A stretch of DNA of 64,000 nucleotides from an uncultured Bacteroidales bacterium (GCA_905235135.1 CAJOKR010000013.1:82-64081), one strand, 5' to 3'. Numbered from the stretch's first letter, positions 17,491-27,419 are shown. The notes: generated from the letters alone by a model not told the origin. Made by a program: numbers and translations.

Positions 17491-19604
17491 TGGGAAACAA
17501 TAGCAACATCAATAATAATAAAGGGAAGAACATTCCGGATTTTCTCGGTGGGAAAAATGGCCAGAACAGGCAGAACAACGGCAAGAAGAAGTTCAATTGG
17601 TCGGTTTTGTACCTTGCGATCACGCTGGGACTGATTGGGATTTATTTCTTTTCCGGCACCGAGGCCATCAAGGAGGTGAACGACATGGAGTTTTACCAGA
17701 TGGTGAAAAATCAGGATATCGAGCATGTGGAGTACGTGAAGAAAAACTCGCACATCAACATCTTCCTGAAGAGGATGGCTTTGGAGCAGAAGGCGGCCTA
17801 CGAGGAGGTGCGCAAGAACACCGAAGGCCCGCAGTATTACTTGGTAGTCACGGACTTGCAGGTATATAACGAAAACCTCCGAGATGCAAAAGCACAGTAC
17901 GTGCAAGAGCGTCTGGCTGATGACAGTACGCTGGTTGCCAGCGAAGTAGCCAAGGAATATGATTTTCCGATGAAGCAGGACAACTCCCAAAGCTGGGGTT
18001 TCGAAATCCTGATTTGGATGTTCCCCTTCTTGCTGATTCTCCTCCTCTATTTCTTCTCCATACGTCAGATGCGCAATGGAAGTGGACCTTTCGGTGGCGG
18101 AGGCAGCAATATTTTCAACATTGGCAAATCGCGGGCGCAGGAGTTCGACGAGAAGACTGGCCAAGTGGTCACGTTCAAGGATGTGGCCGGGCTGGAAGGT
18201 GCGAAGTTCGAGATTGAGGAGGTCGTCGATTTCCTCAAGAATCCCCAGAAATACACGGTGTTGGGCGGCAAGATTCCCAAAGGCGTGCTGTTGGTCGGGC
18301 CTCCGGGCACGGGTAAGACCCTGTTGGCCAAGGCTGTGGCTGGCGAGGCGAAAGTCCCGTTCTTCTCCATGTCGGGTTCCGACTTTGTGGAGATGTTCGT
18401 GGGCGTGGGTGCCTCGCGGGTGCGCGACCTCTTTCGCAACGCCAAGGAGAAGGCCCCCTGTATCATCTTCATCGACGAGATTGATGCCATCGGACGTGCC
18501 CGTGGCAAAGGGGCGTTCTCGAATGCCAACGACGAGCGGGAAAGCACGTTGAATCAGCTGCTTACGGAGATGGACGGCTTCGGCACCAATGCCGGTGTCA
18601 TCATCATGGCGGCCACCAACCGCGCTGACATCCTCGACAGAGCCCTGTTGCGTGCTGGCCGCTTCGACCGCCAAATTCAGGTCGAGCTGCCCAACCTGAA
18701 CGAGCGCAAGGGCATCTTCGGGGTACACGTGCGCAACCTCAAGCTCGGTCCGGATGTGGATTTGGACTTCTTCGCGAAGCAGACTCCCGGATTTTCCGGC
18801 GCCGACATCGCCAATGTCTGTAATGAGGCCGCGCTCATCGCCGCCCGCCAGAGCAAGACACAGATTGAGAAGGAGGACTTCCTCGCCGCTGTTGACCGCA
18901 TCATCGGCGGTTTGGAGCGTCGGGGCAGCGTGATTTCCCCCGAGGAAAAGAAGACCATCGCCTATCACGAATCGGGTCACGCCTGTGTTAGCTGGATGTT
19001 GCGCTATGCCTCCCCGTTGGTGAAGGTTACCATCGTGCCCAGAGGCAAGGCTCTCGGTGCGGCTTGGTATCTCCCTGAGGAACGGCAACTTACCACCTAC
19101 GAGCAGCTCTTCGACGAGATGGCCGCCACATTGGGTGGTCGTGCCGCCGAGGAGGTCTTCTTCGGCAGACTTTCCACCGGTGCCCTCAATGATCTCGAAC
19201 GGGTGAGCAAGCAAGCCTACGCGATGGTCGTCTATTACGGTTTGGATGAGAAAATCGGCAACATAAGTTACTATGACTCAACGGGTCAGCAGGAATACAG
19301 CATGACCAAGCCCTACAGCGAGAAGACTGCAGAGGAGATTGACGAACGCATCCATCAGCTCATCGAGAAGGCATACGCGTGCGCCAAGCAGATTCTGATG
19401 GACAACTACTCGAAGGTGGAGACGCTGGCCGAGCTGCTCCTCGAGCGCGAGGTCATCTTCACTGAAGACGTGCAGCGCATTCTCGGCGACCGTCCTTTCC
19501 AAACGGAAACCCAAAACGACAATCCTGATAGCACTCCCGTAAGCGAACCTGCTTCGACTGACGAGGGCTCCAACCCCACGAATACAGAAGAAAATGAGCA
19601 ATAA
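17490..19604 (+). CDS. ftsH: ATP-dependent zinc metalloprotease FtsH
   Basis: 704 aa. Walker A GPPGTGKT, second region of homology, HESGH zinc site, N-terminal TM segments. Confidence 0.95.
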   Translation: MGNNSNINNNKGKNIPDFLGGKNGQNRQNNGKKKFNWSVLYLAITLGLIGIYFFSGTEAIKEVNDMEFYQMVKNQDIEHVEYVKKNSHINIFLKRMALEQKAAYEEVRKNTEGPQYYLVVTDLQVYNENLRDAKAQYVQERLADDSTLVASEVAKEYDFPMKQDNSQSWGFEILIWMFPFLLILLLYFFSIRQMRNGSGPFGGGGSNIFNIGKSRAQEFDEKTGQVVTFKDVAGLEGAKFEIEEVVDFLKNPQKYTVLGGKIPKGVLLVGPPGTGKTLLAKAVAGEAKVPFFSMSGSDFVEMFVGVGASRVRDLFRNAKEKAPCIIFIDEIDAIGRARGKGAFSNANDERESTLNQLLTEMDGFGTNAGVIIMAATNRADILDRALLRAGRFDRQIQVELPNLNERKGIFGVHVRNLKLGPDVDLDFFAKQTPGFSGADIANVCNEAALIAARQSKTQIEKEDFLAAVDRIIGGLERRGSVISPEEKKTIAYHESGHACVSWMLRYASPLVKVTIVPRGKALGAAWYLPEERQLTTYEQLFDEMAATLGGRAAEEVFFGRLSTGALNDLERVSKQAYAMVVYYGLDEKIGNISYYDSTGQQEYSMTKPYSEKTAEEIDERIHQLIEKAYACAKQILMDNYSKVETLAELLLEREVIFTEDVQRILGDRPFQTETQNDNPDSTPVSEPASTDEGSNPTNTEENEQ

Positions 19605-20241
19605 CGAATCCAGTTTCATCACCGACAAAGAGTACATCCGGGGCGTCATTCGCAAGAGCACGCTCTCGCACGAGCACAAAGAGGAGGGGCAGCCGTCGTT
19701 GCAGTACCTCACGCCCATGACCAACGTGCAGGTCGAGTTCTGGCAGAACTTCCAGGCCAACGGCGGCAAGATTTTGCGCTGTCACAACCGCCAGGACCGT
19801 CTCAAATTCCTGAAAATGCTGGCCGAGGACCAGCAGTATAACGTGGTGCTGAACACCCACAACAACCTCTGCCCGGACTTGGAACAGGCGCAGATGAACT
19901 ACGTCAACGCCATCTCCGTGAACATGCCCATAGATGCAGTGGTCGTGCTCTCCACCCTGTTGGTGGCGCGCACTGGCAGCATTGGTTTCACACAGCCCGT
20001 GGCGAGGTTCGTCTCCATGCGCAACATTGCCAAAGACGTGATCGTGATCTCGCGCATGGGCGACATCGTGCCCGATTTCGAAAGTGCGCTGGTCCGGAAC
20101 GAGAAGTTTGCCAAGGAAGCCGGCGTGGAGTTCGTCACCCCGACGGTACTGCCCAAGACGGACGGCAAGGAGGTGCGCACCCCGCAGCAACCGAGATACA
20201 TTCTGCTTTTGTTGGACGAAAATCCCCCGCAACATGCGTAA
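19594..20241 (+). CDS. LUD (DUF162) domain protein
   Basis: 215 aa. The C-terminal part LLVARTGSIGF...VIVISRMGDIVPDFESAL resembles the LUD/YkgG family. Confidence 0.55.
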   Translation: MSNNESSFITDKEYIRGVIRKSTLSHEHKEEGQPSLQYLTPMTNVQVEFWQNFQANGGKILRCHNRQDRLKFLKMLAEDQQYNVVLNTHNNLCPDLEQAQMNYVNAISVNMPIDAVVVLSTLLVARTGSIGFTQPVARFVSMRNIAKDVIVISRMGDIVPDFESALVRNEKFAKEAGVEFVTPTVLPKTDGKEVRTPQQPRYILLLLDENPPQHA

Positions 20242-20863
20242 CGTGCTGATTAGAACGGCATCGGGCATCGTCTATATCGCCCTCATGGTGGCGGCGGTCT
20301 TCACCCTGTGGGTGGCCGTGCCGTTGTTGCTTTTTCTCGCCATCGTTGGTCTTTACGAATTTTACAAACTATGCCAAAACCCGAAGCTCAGATGGCTGGG
20401 ACCGATATGGATTCTGTTGCCGCTATGCTTGCTGTTATTAATCTGGATTCCGAAAAGCCCCGCACAGGTGTTAGGCTTTTTCATTCTGATTTGGATGGCT
20501 GACACAGCCGCCTACGTCTTCGGTTCGCTGTTCGGTAAGCACAAGTTAGCCCCGAGCATCTCGCCGGGCAAGACGTGGGAAGGCTTCCTTTGCAGCTGCG
20601 TGATCACGGTCGGGCTGGCCATCGGTCTTTCCTACATTCCGTTCTTCCAGTCGGCCGGTCTGGAGTTGTGGCAGTGGATCGTCATCGCCCTGTTGACGGA
20701 AGTTTTCGGTTTGATGGGCGACCTCATCGAATCCCTCTTCAAGCGCAAAGCCGGCGTTAAGGACAGCGGCAACATCATCCCGGGTCACGGCGGCGTCCTC
20801 GACAGGGTCGATTCCATTTTGTTCGCGACGTTGCCGGTGTGGTTGTTTTGTTTGATGTGTTAG
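20234..20863 (+). CDS. cdsA: phosphatidate cytidylyltransferase
   Basis: Start chosen at ATG 20234 (MRNVLIRTASG...). Membrane protein with the signature SPGKTWEGF and C-terminal GHGGVLDRVDS. Confidence 0.85.
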   Translation: MRNVLIRTASGIVYIALMVAAVFTLWVAVPLLLFLAIVGLYEFYKLCQNPKLRWLGPIWILLPLCLLLLIWIPKSPAQVLGFFILIWMADTAAYVFGSLFGKHKLAPSISPGKTWEGFLCSCVITVGLAIGLSYIPFFQSAGLELWQWIVIALLTEVFGLMGDLIESLFKRKAGVKDSGNIIPGHGGVLDRVDSILFATLPVWLFCLMC

Positions 20864-20973
20864 GAGCTTTGGCATTCCTGCCGAAGAAAATCACTAAATC
20901 CCACGTCATTCCATTTTTTTTTCTAAAATCCCAACAAAATGCGATTTTTGTGCCCGCCATTTTGAAATTTTAT

Positions 20974-20981
20974 TATTTTTG
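20974..20981 (+). promoter_or_regulatory. -7 promoter box (TATTTTTG)
   Basis: TAnnTTTG, 27 nt upstream of ATG 21008. Confidence 0.5.
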
Positions 20982-21007
20982 CGGCAAAATCTTAATATGT
21001 TGGTATT

Positions 21008-21229
21008 ATGAGTTTGCTTGACATAGGAAATAGAATTCGGATGCGCAGGAAGGAACTGAATGTGAACCAGCGCACTGTGGCCGACCTTTCAGGGGTTGCC
21101 GTGAACACCGTGGTATCTATTGAACGCGGAGAGGGGAATCCGCAAATCTCCTCCCTTCTTGCCATTCTCGACACCCTCGGACTACAGATAGACATCACTA
21201 TAAAACAATTGAACGATGAGACAGTGTAA
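21008..21229 (+). CDS. XRE-family HTH protein, HipB-like
   Basis: 73 aa. HTH segment RRKELNVNQRTVADLSGVAVNTVVSIERGEGNP. Overlaps the next gene by 14 nt. Confidence 0.75.
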   Translation: MSLLDIGNRIRMRRKELNVNQRTVADLSGVAVNTVVSIERGEGNPQISSLLAILDTLGLQIDITIKQLNDETV

Positions 21230-21539
21230 AGTTTTTGTCCACGACATAGAGGCTGGACTGTTGCAGGAAAACAATGACAAGACCTACTGTTTTACATACA
21301 ACAGCGATTATAGCGGAGCTCCGGTCTGCCTGTCCATGCCCGTAAGGGTGTCGCCGTATTTGTCCGAGCACCTTTTCCCTTATTTCTTCAACATTTTGTC
21401 TGAAGGCGAAAACCGTCAGCTCCAGTCGCAATTGCTTCACATTGACGAGAATGACGATTTCGGTATCCTTTTAGCAACTGCGCAAACCGACACTCTCGGT
21501 GCAGTAACCGTAAAACCAATAGGTGATGAAAAAGATTGA
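21216..21539 (+). CDS. HipA N-terminal-subdomain protein (HipS-like)
   Basis: 107 aa. CKVFVHDIEAGLL...YCFTYN...PVCLSMP resembles the HipA N-terminal coupling domain as a stand-alone ORF. Overlaps the kinase gene by 17 nt. Confidence 0.7.
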   Translation: MRQCKVFVHDIEAGLLQENNDKTYCFTYNSDYSGAPVCLSMPVRVSPYLSEHLFPYFFNILSEGENRQLQSQLLHIDENDDFGILLATAQTDTLGAVTVKPIGDEKD

Positions 21540-22530
21540 TGTTTGTCCCTCAACATTGAAAAGCGGTTTTGAAACATACTCGCCCGAAGCCCGGCGCAAA
21601 ATGTTTAATGGCAGGCCTGTTTCGCATATACTCTTGTTTGAGAGCCCTGGAGTAGATGAAGAGGAGAGAGTCGTCTATGCAGAGCATGTGGGTCGGATTT
21701 CCTTGTCAGGGGTGCAGCCGAAAGGCGGTCTTGTGATTGATGACAACGATCAGTTGGTGCGACCAGCCGAAGGATTGCGCAGCCGTTATATTCTGAAGCC
21801 CGCTCCGAGTTCATACGCGCTTCTCGCTCGTGAGTTCTGTCCCGCCAACGAAAACTTCACGATGCAGCTTGCCTCCCAAGTTTATGGCATAGAAACCGCA
21901 GCTAATGCCCTCTGTTTCTTTCGTAGTGGTGAGACCGCTTACCTGACACGCCGTTTCGATGTTGCCCCTGATGGGGGAAAATTCCTTCAGGAGGATTTTG
22001 CCTCGTTGGCCGGGCTGACTAAGGCAAACAGTGGAAGTGATTACAAATACAGCAACCTCAGTTATGAGGAATGTGCCGGCATCATACGTCGCTATGTGAC
22101 TGCCGCTCAAATTGATGTGTTACGGTTTTTCCAAATCGTGGTCTTCAACTACATCACCTTAAACGACGATGCGCATTTGAAGAACTTCACGCTTATCAGC
22201 AGGAATGGGAAGGAATACCGGCTGGCACCGGCATACGATTTGATCAACACCAGCCTTCATTTGCGCCAGCCCCGCATCTTTGCTCTTGACAAGGGACTCT
22301 TCAAGGAAGGAATGTCCTTTTCCGATGTGCACACGGTCGGAAGAAACGACTTCAAGGAATTTGGTCGCAGAATTGGACTGCCTGAGCGGGTTGTGGAGCG
22401 GGAGCTTAACCGTTTTGCAGCCGATAACCCAACCGCCGATGAACTCCTGAACCGGAGTTTTCTGTCCAACGAGTTGAAAGCTTATTACCGGTCGTCGATG
22501 GGCTACCGCCGCACCACACTGCTCAAATAG
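21523..22530 (+). CDS. HipA-family Ser/Thr kinase core (HipT-like toxin)
   Basis: 335 aa. Gly-rich loop ISLSGVQPKG, catalytic NDDAHLKNFTL and APAYDLINT motifs of HipA kinases. Lacks the N-terminal subdomain. Confidence 0.8.
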   Translation: MMKKIDVCPSTLKSGFETYSPEARRKMFNGRPVSHILLFESPGVDEEERVVYAEHVGRISLSGVQPKGGLVIDDNDQLVRPAEGLRSRYILKPAPSSYALLAREFCPANENFTMQLASQVYGIETAANALCFFRSGETAYLTRRFDVAPDGGKFLQEDFASLAGLTKANSGSDYKYSNLSYEECAGIIRRYVTAAQIDVLRFFQIVVFNYITLNDDAHLKNFTLISRNGKEYRLAPAYDLINTSLHLRQPRIFALDKGLFKEGMSFSDVHTVGRNDFKEFGRRIGLPERVVERELNRFAADNPTADELLNRSFLSNELKAYYRSSMGYRRTTLLK

Positions 22531-22961
22531 CTCGTCAACGGCTGATACGCTTGGCCCTTTGTTCCTAAAATATTGATAACTTGTTGATAACTTCCGGCTG
22601 TCGTGGATGGCGAATCTGCGGCGGCGGTGTTTCATGGTTTTAATAAAACAAACAGCCTATAGAATAGAGAATACTTTTTAACATATTGATATAAAGCGTT
22701 TTCGCTTTTCTTTTTGGCGTGGGAATCTGCAAAATTTTCAACGTTATTATCCAAAAGAAAGACGAGAATGCTCACGACTAATCGTGGGCTTTCTTATATT
22801 GGATAATAGGTATTGCAGAACCTCCACGCCTGATAAGATAAAGTTCACGATTCTTTTTATGTTTGTGAATGAATGCGAAAACGGTTTAGAAAAAACTGGA
22901 TTTCAAAAGAATACGAACATAAAAGAATAGGAATAGGAAAAAACTGTTACCCCTTATCGTT

Positions 22962-23423
22962 TTGTTTATCATGACATCAGCGAACGTGTTCGCCCAGTCT
23001 GCTATTGTGCCATTAGGAGGTGATGCGCAGTCCAACTCAGGCAGCGTCAGCTACACCGTCGGGCAAATAGCCGTCCAAACTACAGCCAACAGTAGCGGTT
23101 CCATCGCCGTTACCGAAGGCGTGCAACAACCCTACGAAATCCAAACCGTAGGGGTTGATAACTATCCGCAAATCAGTCTCAATGCCGTGATCTATCCCAA
23201 CCCCACGGAGAATATCGCGCAGCTGCAACTCAATGGCTTCGAGATTCCCGCAAACGGTCTCCGTGCAATCCTCTACGACGGCAACGACAAACAGTTGCAG
23301 TCCGTTACCATCACCGACGACCTCACCCCGTTCCAGATCGGGCAATACGCCACGGGAACGTATTATCTGGAATTGCGGGACGGAAAACAGGTGTTGAAAA
23401 CTTTCAAGGTGGTGCGGAAATAG
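22962..23423 (+). CDS. small secreted protein with T9SS C-terminal sorting domain
   Basis: The C-terminus VIYPNPTENIAQLQL...TYYLELRDGKQVLKTFKVVRK is a Por tail. The start is uncertain: a signal-peptide-like frame is open from 22923 with no ATG/GTG before TTG 22962. Confidence 0.6.
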   Translation: MFIMTSANVFAQSAIVPLGGDAQSNSGSVSYTVGQIAVQTTANSSGSIAVTEGVQQPYEIQTVGVDNYPQISLNAVIYPNPTENIAQLQLNGFEIPANGLRAILYDGNDKQLQSVTITDDLTPFQIGQYATGTYYLELRDGKQVLKTFKVVRK

Positions 23424-23430
23424 AACCGTT

Positions 23431-23458
23431 GTAGAGACGCAAAATTTTGCGTCTCTAC
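23431..23458. repeat. GTAGAGACG palindromic hairpin (copy 1)
   Basis: GTAGAGACGCAAAATTTTGCGTCTCTAC is a perfect 28-nt palindrome, 8 nt after a stop codon. Confidence 0.85.
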
Positions 23459-23505
23459 CCTTGGGATATACAGAACAATAGTACAAAATCAAAAACATAA
23501 AGAGT

Positions 23506-26500
23506 ATGAAAAAATCTACAACCTTAATCACCCTTCTCCTGCTCTGTGTCGTATCCATCTTCGCGCAGGCACCGGAGAAATTCACCTACCAAGCCGTGGT
23601 GCGCAATGCGAGCAACGCACTGGTGGTCAACACGCAGGTGGGCGTGCGTGTGAATATCCTGCAAGGTTCGGCTACAGGCAACGCCGTCTATTCCGAATCC
23701 CACATGGCGACCACCAACGCCAACGGACTGATTACCGTCAACATCGGCGGAGGTAGCGTGCTGCACGGCACATTCGCGGACATCGACTGGTCTGACGGTC
23801 CCTACTTTCTGAAAACGGACCTTGACCCTAATGGTGGAAATGACTACACTATCACGAGTGTGCAGCAGCTGCTGAGCGTGCCATACGCGCTATATGCGAA
23901 AGATGCGGGCAATGGCTTTAGCGGAGATTACAACGACTTGGTTAATGTCCCGCAGAACCCGCAGATTCCCGCAGATATTAGTGCGTTCAACAACGACGCA
24001 GGATATATTACAGGCTACACCGAGACCGACCCGCAGTACAATGCTTGGGATAAGGATTACAATGACTTGATTAACAAGCCTACTATTCCCACGGTTCCTA
24101 CAAATGTCAGCGAGTTCACCAATGATGCGGGATACATCACTACACAAGATATTCCGACGATTCCGACTGTCCCGACAAACGTCAGTGCTTTCACGAATGA
24201 TGCGGGCTATCTAACCACCTACACCGAAACCGACCCTCAATACAATGCTTGGAACAAGGACTATAATGACTTGATTAACAAGCCTGTGATTCCTGTTGTG
24301 CCTACAAATGTGAGCGGTTTTAACAATGATGCAGGGTACATCACGGCGGCGCAGGTTCCAGCTCAGGTGAACGCAGACTGGAATGCAACTTCTGGTGCTG
24401 CGCAGATTCTAAACAAACCCACACTGTTCAGCGGTAATTACAATGATCTGACCAACAAGCCGACGTTATTTGACGGCAATTACAACTCGTTGAGTAACAA
24501 GCCGAATTTGGCAACGGTGGCCTTAAGCGGTAGTTACAATGACCTGATTAACAAGCCAGCCATTCCGACAGCGGTAGGAGAATTAACCAACAATATGGGT
24601 TACATCACGCTTGCTCAAGTGCCTGCACAGATGAACGCTGACTGGAACGCCACAACGGGAGCTGCGCAAATTCTGAACAAACCAACTATCCCGACTGTTC
24701 CTACAAATGTCAGTGCTTTCACGAACGATGCTGGGTACATTACCAGTGCAGCTATTCCCACGGTTCCGACAAATGTCAGTGCTTTTAACAATGACGCGGG
24801 CTACATCACCAGTACAGATATTCCCGCCATACCTACTGTTCCCGCAAACGTTAGCACTTTCGAAAATGATGCCCACTACATCACCGAGGCACAGCTTAAC
24901 GCGCTGCTGGCTGCCATGATTAATACGATTGATAGCTTGCGGGATAGGATTGAGGAGTTGGAAAATAACCCAAGTCAACCGATTCCGGCGCAGACATTGG
25001 GCAGCGTGACCACCTCCACGATGACTTACGTGGGGGTGAATAGTGCTATTGGCGGTGGTAATGTGACTTCTGATGGTAATGGCAGCATCCTTGCTCGCGG
25101 TATTTGCTGGAGCACTTCGAACCCTCCGTACATTACGGATAGCCACACCAATGAGGGGACGGCGGTCGGTGTTTTTTCATCCACAGCCAGTGGTTTGAAT
25201 CCAAGCACCACTTACTATGTCCGTGCTTACGTGACTAACAGTGTGGGAACAGCATACGGTTCTGTGGTGAGTTTTACAACAACTAGCAGCGGTGACCCTG
25301 TACTTCCTATCGTCACTACAGGGAATGTGACGAATATTCTTCCCTATACTGCCACTTTCCATGGTAATGTGGTCTATAAAGGCGGAACGGGGCTGTTGGC
25401 GCGTGGATTTGTTTATGGTCCAGCCCACAATCCTACGTTGGAGGACAGTTTCACTGTTGACGGTATTACAGAAGGATCGTTCTCCGCAACCGTTACTGGG
25501 TTGAGTGCCACCATGACCTACTATGTGCGGGCGTATGCTACGAACAGCGTTGGTACTGTCTATGGTGAAGAAGTCTCGTTTGTATCATCTACAACGCCTC
25601 CGGCTGTCAACACCGCAGAAGTGACCGCCATTTCTTATACTTCGGCTACTTGTGGCGGCGATGTACCCTTTTCCGGCGGTGCGGCGGTGACTGCCAAGGG
25701 CTTGTGCTATGGTTTGAATGAGCATCCCACTATCAGTGACAACGTGGTCAACGGAGGTGCTGGCGTGGGCAGCTTCACGGGCAATCTGACCGGGCTGACT
25801 GCCAATACCGTCTATTATGTGCGTGCTTTTGCGACTAACAGTGTGGGTACCAACTACGGAGAGGAGCGTGTGTTCAGTACGCTGTCATACCTGATTCCGA
25901 CAGTGGAGGCAGTTGCTCCCTCAGAGATATCCTATACTACGTTTACGTGCGGCGGCAATGTGACCGATGAAGGATCTTATCCTGTGACGACAAGAGGTGT
26001 CTGCTATGCCATCACACCTAATCCGACCATCAACGATAACTATATTCCGTTAGGAACGGGAACAGGAACTTTCTCTACGACTATCTTTGGTCTGTCACCG
26101 AGCACCACTTACTATGTCCGTGCGTATGCCATTAACCAAGTCGGCCAGGCCTATAGCGAACAGATGGTTGTGACCACTTTGGCCAATACGAAACCCACGG
26201 TAGCCACTCTTTCTGCGTCTGGACTTGGAAAATGTATTGGAAACATTGTCTCCACCGGCGGACTGGCTATAACAGACAGAGGTTTCTGCTACAGCACTTA
26301 TCCCAATCCCACAATTGTGGAGAGTCACATATCTGCGGGTGCCGGTGATGGCCAGTTCTCATCCATGCTTCCCGATATGGTGGATGGAACCACCTATTTC
26401 GTGCGGGCGTATGCAACCAATATGTTAGGCACTTCATACGGACAGCAAATTTCGTTTACTTACGGATGTGGTAACTCGTTCACGGTGACAGATTACGATG

Positions 26501-26751
26501 GTAACACGTATAACACTGTCCGTTTGGGTAACCAGTGTTGGATGAAAAAAAATTTGCGTTCCACGCACTATTCGGACGGAACGGCGATTGCCTATGGCGG
26601 CACCACAACATCCACAACAGAGGCCTACTATTATGCGCCCAACGGTTCGTTCACCTATGGATACCTCTACAACTGGAAGGCGGTGATGCGCAACTCATCC
26701 AGCAGCCAAGCCAACCCTAGTGGAGTGCAAGGCATCTGTCCTATCGGATGA
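23506..26751 (+). CDS. large repetitive cell-surface protein ending at an in-frame TGA
   Basis: Signal peptide MKKSTTLITLLLLCVVSIFAQ. About 8 copies of (T/A)NVSxFxNDAGYIT plus NKPT motifs, a coiled segment, and 5 repeats of roughly 90 aa ending TTYYVRAYATNSVGT.YG. The start of a Fib_succ-type domain follows (YGYLYNWKA...CPIG). Confidence 0.8.
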   Translation: MKKSTTLITLLLLCVVSIFAQAPEKFTYQAVVRNASNALVVNTQVGVRVNILQGSATGNAVYSESHMATTNANGLITVNIGGGSVLHGTFADIDWSDGPYFLKTDLDPNGGNDYTITSVQQLLSVPYALYAKDAGNGFSGDYNDLVNVPQNPQIPADISAFNNDAGYITGYTETDPQYNAWDKDYNDLINKPTIPTVPTNVSEFTNDAGYITTQDIPTIPTVPTNVSAFTNDAGYLTTYTETDPQYNAWNKDYNDLINKPVIPVVPTNVSGFNNDAGYITAAQVPAQVNADWNATSGAAQILNKPTLFSGNYNDLTNKPTLFDGNYNSLSNKPNLATVALSGSYNDLINKPAIPTAVGELTNNMGYITLAQVPAQMNADWNATTGAAQILNKPTIPTVPTNVSAFTNDAGYITSAAIPTVPTNVSAFNNDAGYITSTDIPAIPTVPANVSTFENDAHYITEAQLNALLAAMINTIDSLRDRIEELENNPSQPIPAQTLGSVTTSTMTYVGVNSAIGGGNVTSDGNGSILARGICWSTSNPPYITDSHTNEGTAVGVFSSTASGLNPSTTYYVRAYVTNSVGTAYGSVVSFTTTSSGDPVLPIVTTGNVTNILPYTATFHGNVVYKGGTGLLARGFVYGPAHNPTLEDSFTVDGITEGSFSATVTGLSATMTYYVRAYATNSVGTVYGEEVSFVSSTTPPAVNTAEVTAISYTSATCGGDVPFSGGAAVTAKGLCYGLNEHPTISDNVVNGGAGVGSFTGNLTGLTANTVYYVRAFATNSVGTNYGEERVFSTLSYLIPTVEAVAPSEISYTTFTCGGNVTDEGSYPVTTRGVCYAITPNPTINDNYIPLGTGTGTFSTTIFGLSPSTTYYVRAYAINQVGQAYSEQMVVTTLANTKPTVATLSASGLGKCIGNIVSTGGLAITDRGFCYSTYPNPTIVESHISAGAGDGQFSSMLPDMVDGTTYFVRAYATNMLGTSYGQQISFTYGCGNSFTVTDYDGNTYNTVRLGNQCWMKKNLRSTHYSDGTAIAYGGTTTSTTEAYYYAPNGSFTYGYLYNWKAVMRNSSSSQANPSGVQGICPIG

Positions 26752-26754
26752 CAT

Positions 26755-27135
26755 ATGCCGAGCGATGCAGAATGGTCTGAGTTGGAGGATTATGTGAGTA
26801 GCCAGGATACATTCTTGTGCAATAACAACTCTACTTATATTGCCAAAGCATTGGCAGCCACTACGGGCTGGACCTCTTATAGCTCCACATGTGCTGTGGG
26901 CTACAATCAGAGTTCCAATGATGCCACTGGCTTCGGTGCGTTGCCTGTGGGCTTCTACGGCATGTACATAAACAATGGCTACCACAACAGTGGCGCCAGC
27001 GCCTGCTTTTGGAGTGCTACGGAGAATTCCAGCTTTGCCGCTTGGTACCGCAGTCTTGACTACGATGATGCCAACTTGAACCGCAGCTCCTACAACATTA
27101 GTATCGAATATTCCGTCCGCTGCCTCCGCGACTAA
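26755..27135 (+). CDS. C-terminal half of a Fibrobacter-succinogenes-major-paralogous-type domain (same frame as 23506..26751)
   Basis: HMPSDAEWSELEDY...GFGALPVG...FWSATE...SVRCLRD. Continues the upstream ORF in the same frame across TGA 26749-26751. Confidence 0.7.
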   Translation: MPSDAEWSELEDYVSSQDTFLCNNNSTYIAKALAATTGWTSYSSTCAVGYNQSSNDATGFGALPVGFYGMYINNGYHNSGASACFWSATENSSFAAWYRSLDYDDANLNRSSYNISIEYSVRCLRD

Positions 27136-27138
27136 CCC

Positions 27139-27166
27139 AATGCAGAATGCAAAATGTAGAATGAAT
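27139..27166. repeat. heptamer array (AATGNAG type)
   Basis: AATGCAG AATGCAA AATGTAG AATGAAT, starting 3 nt after the stop at 27135. Confidence 0.7.
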
Positions 27167-27222
27167 AGGGCGTGGCCATATGGTCGCGCCCGTTTTGTGA
27201 GGTGGGATAACGATTGGCGGGT

Positions 27223-27256
27223 GTTGTAGAGACGCACGGCCGTGCGTCTCTACAAC
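27223..27256. repeat. GTAGAGACG palindromic hairpin (copy 2)
   Basis: GTTGTAGAGACGCACGGCCGTGCGTCTCTACAAC is a perfect 34-nt palindrome. Confidence 0.85.
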
Positions 27257-27411
27257 GTGCCGGGGATGGTACATTTCTCCCTTGCGAGCCCGAGATTCCG
27301 TTTGGCTCGTCATTGCCTCTCTTTTCCAAAAGTGCGATGGTCGTCTCCCAACATCTTACGATTATCCCATTTATCTGCGAGACGCGGATGGCTCCATACC
27401 CAAAAATTTTG

Positions 27412-27419
27412 TACCTTTG
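27412..27419 (+). promoter_or_regulatory. -7 promoter box (TACCTTTG)
   Basis: TAnnTTTG, 32 nt upstream of ATG 27451. Confidence 0.5.

Noticed and set aside
17487-19214. 575-aa minus-strand ORF opposite ftsH
   Set aside because: It lies antisense to an unmistakable FtsH gene and has no motifs.
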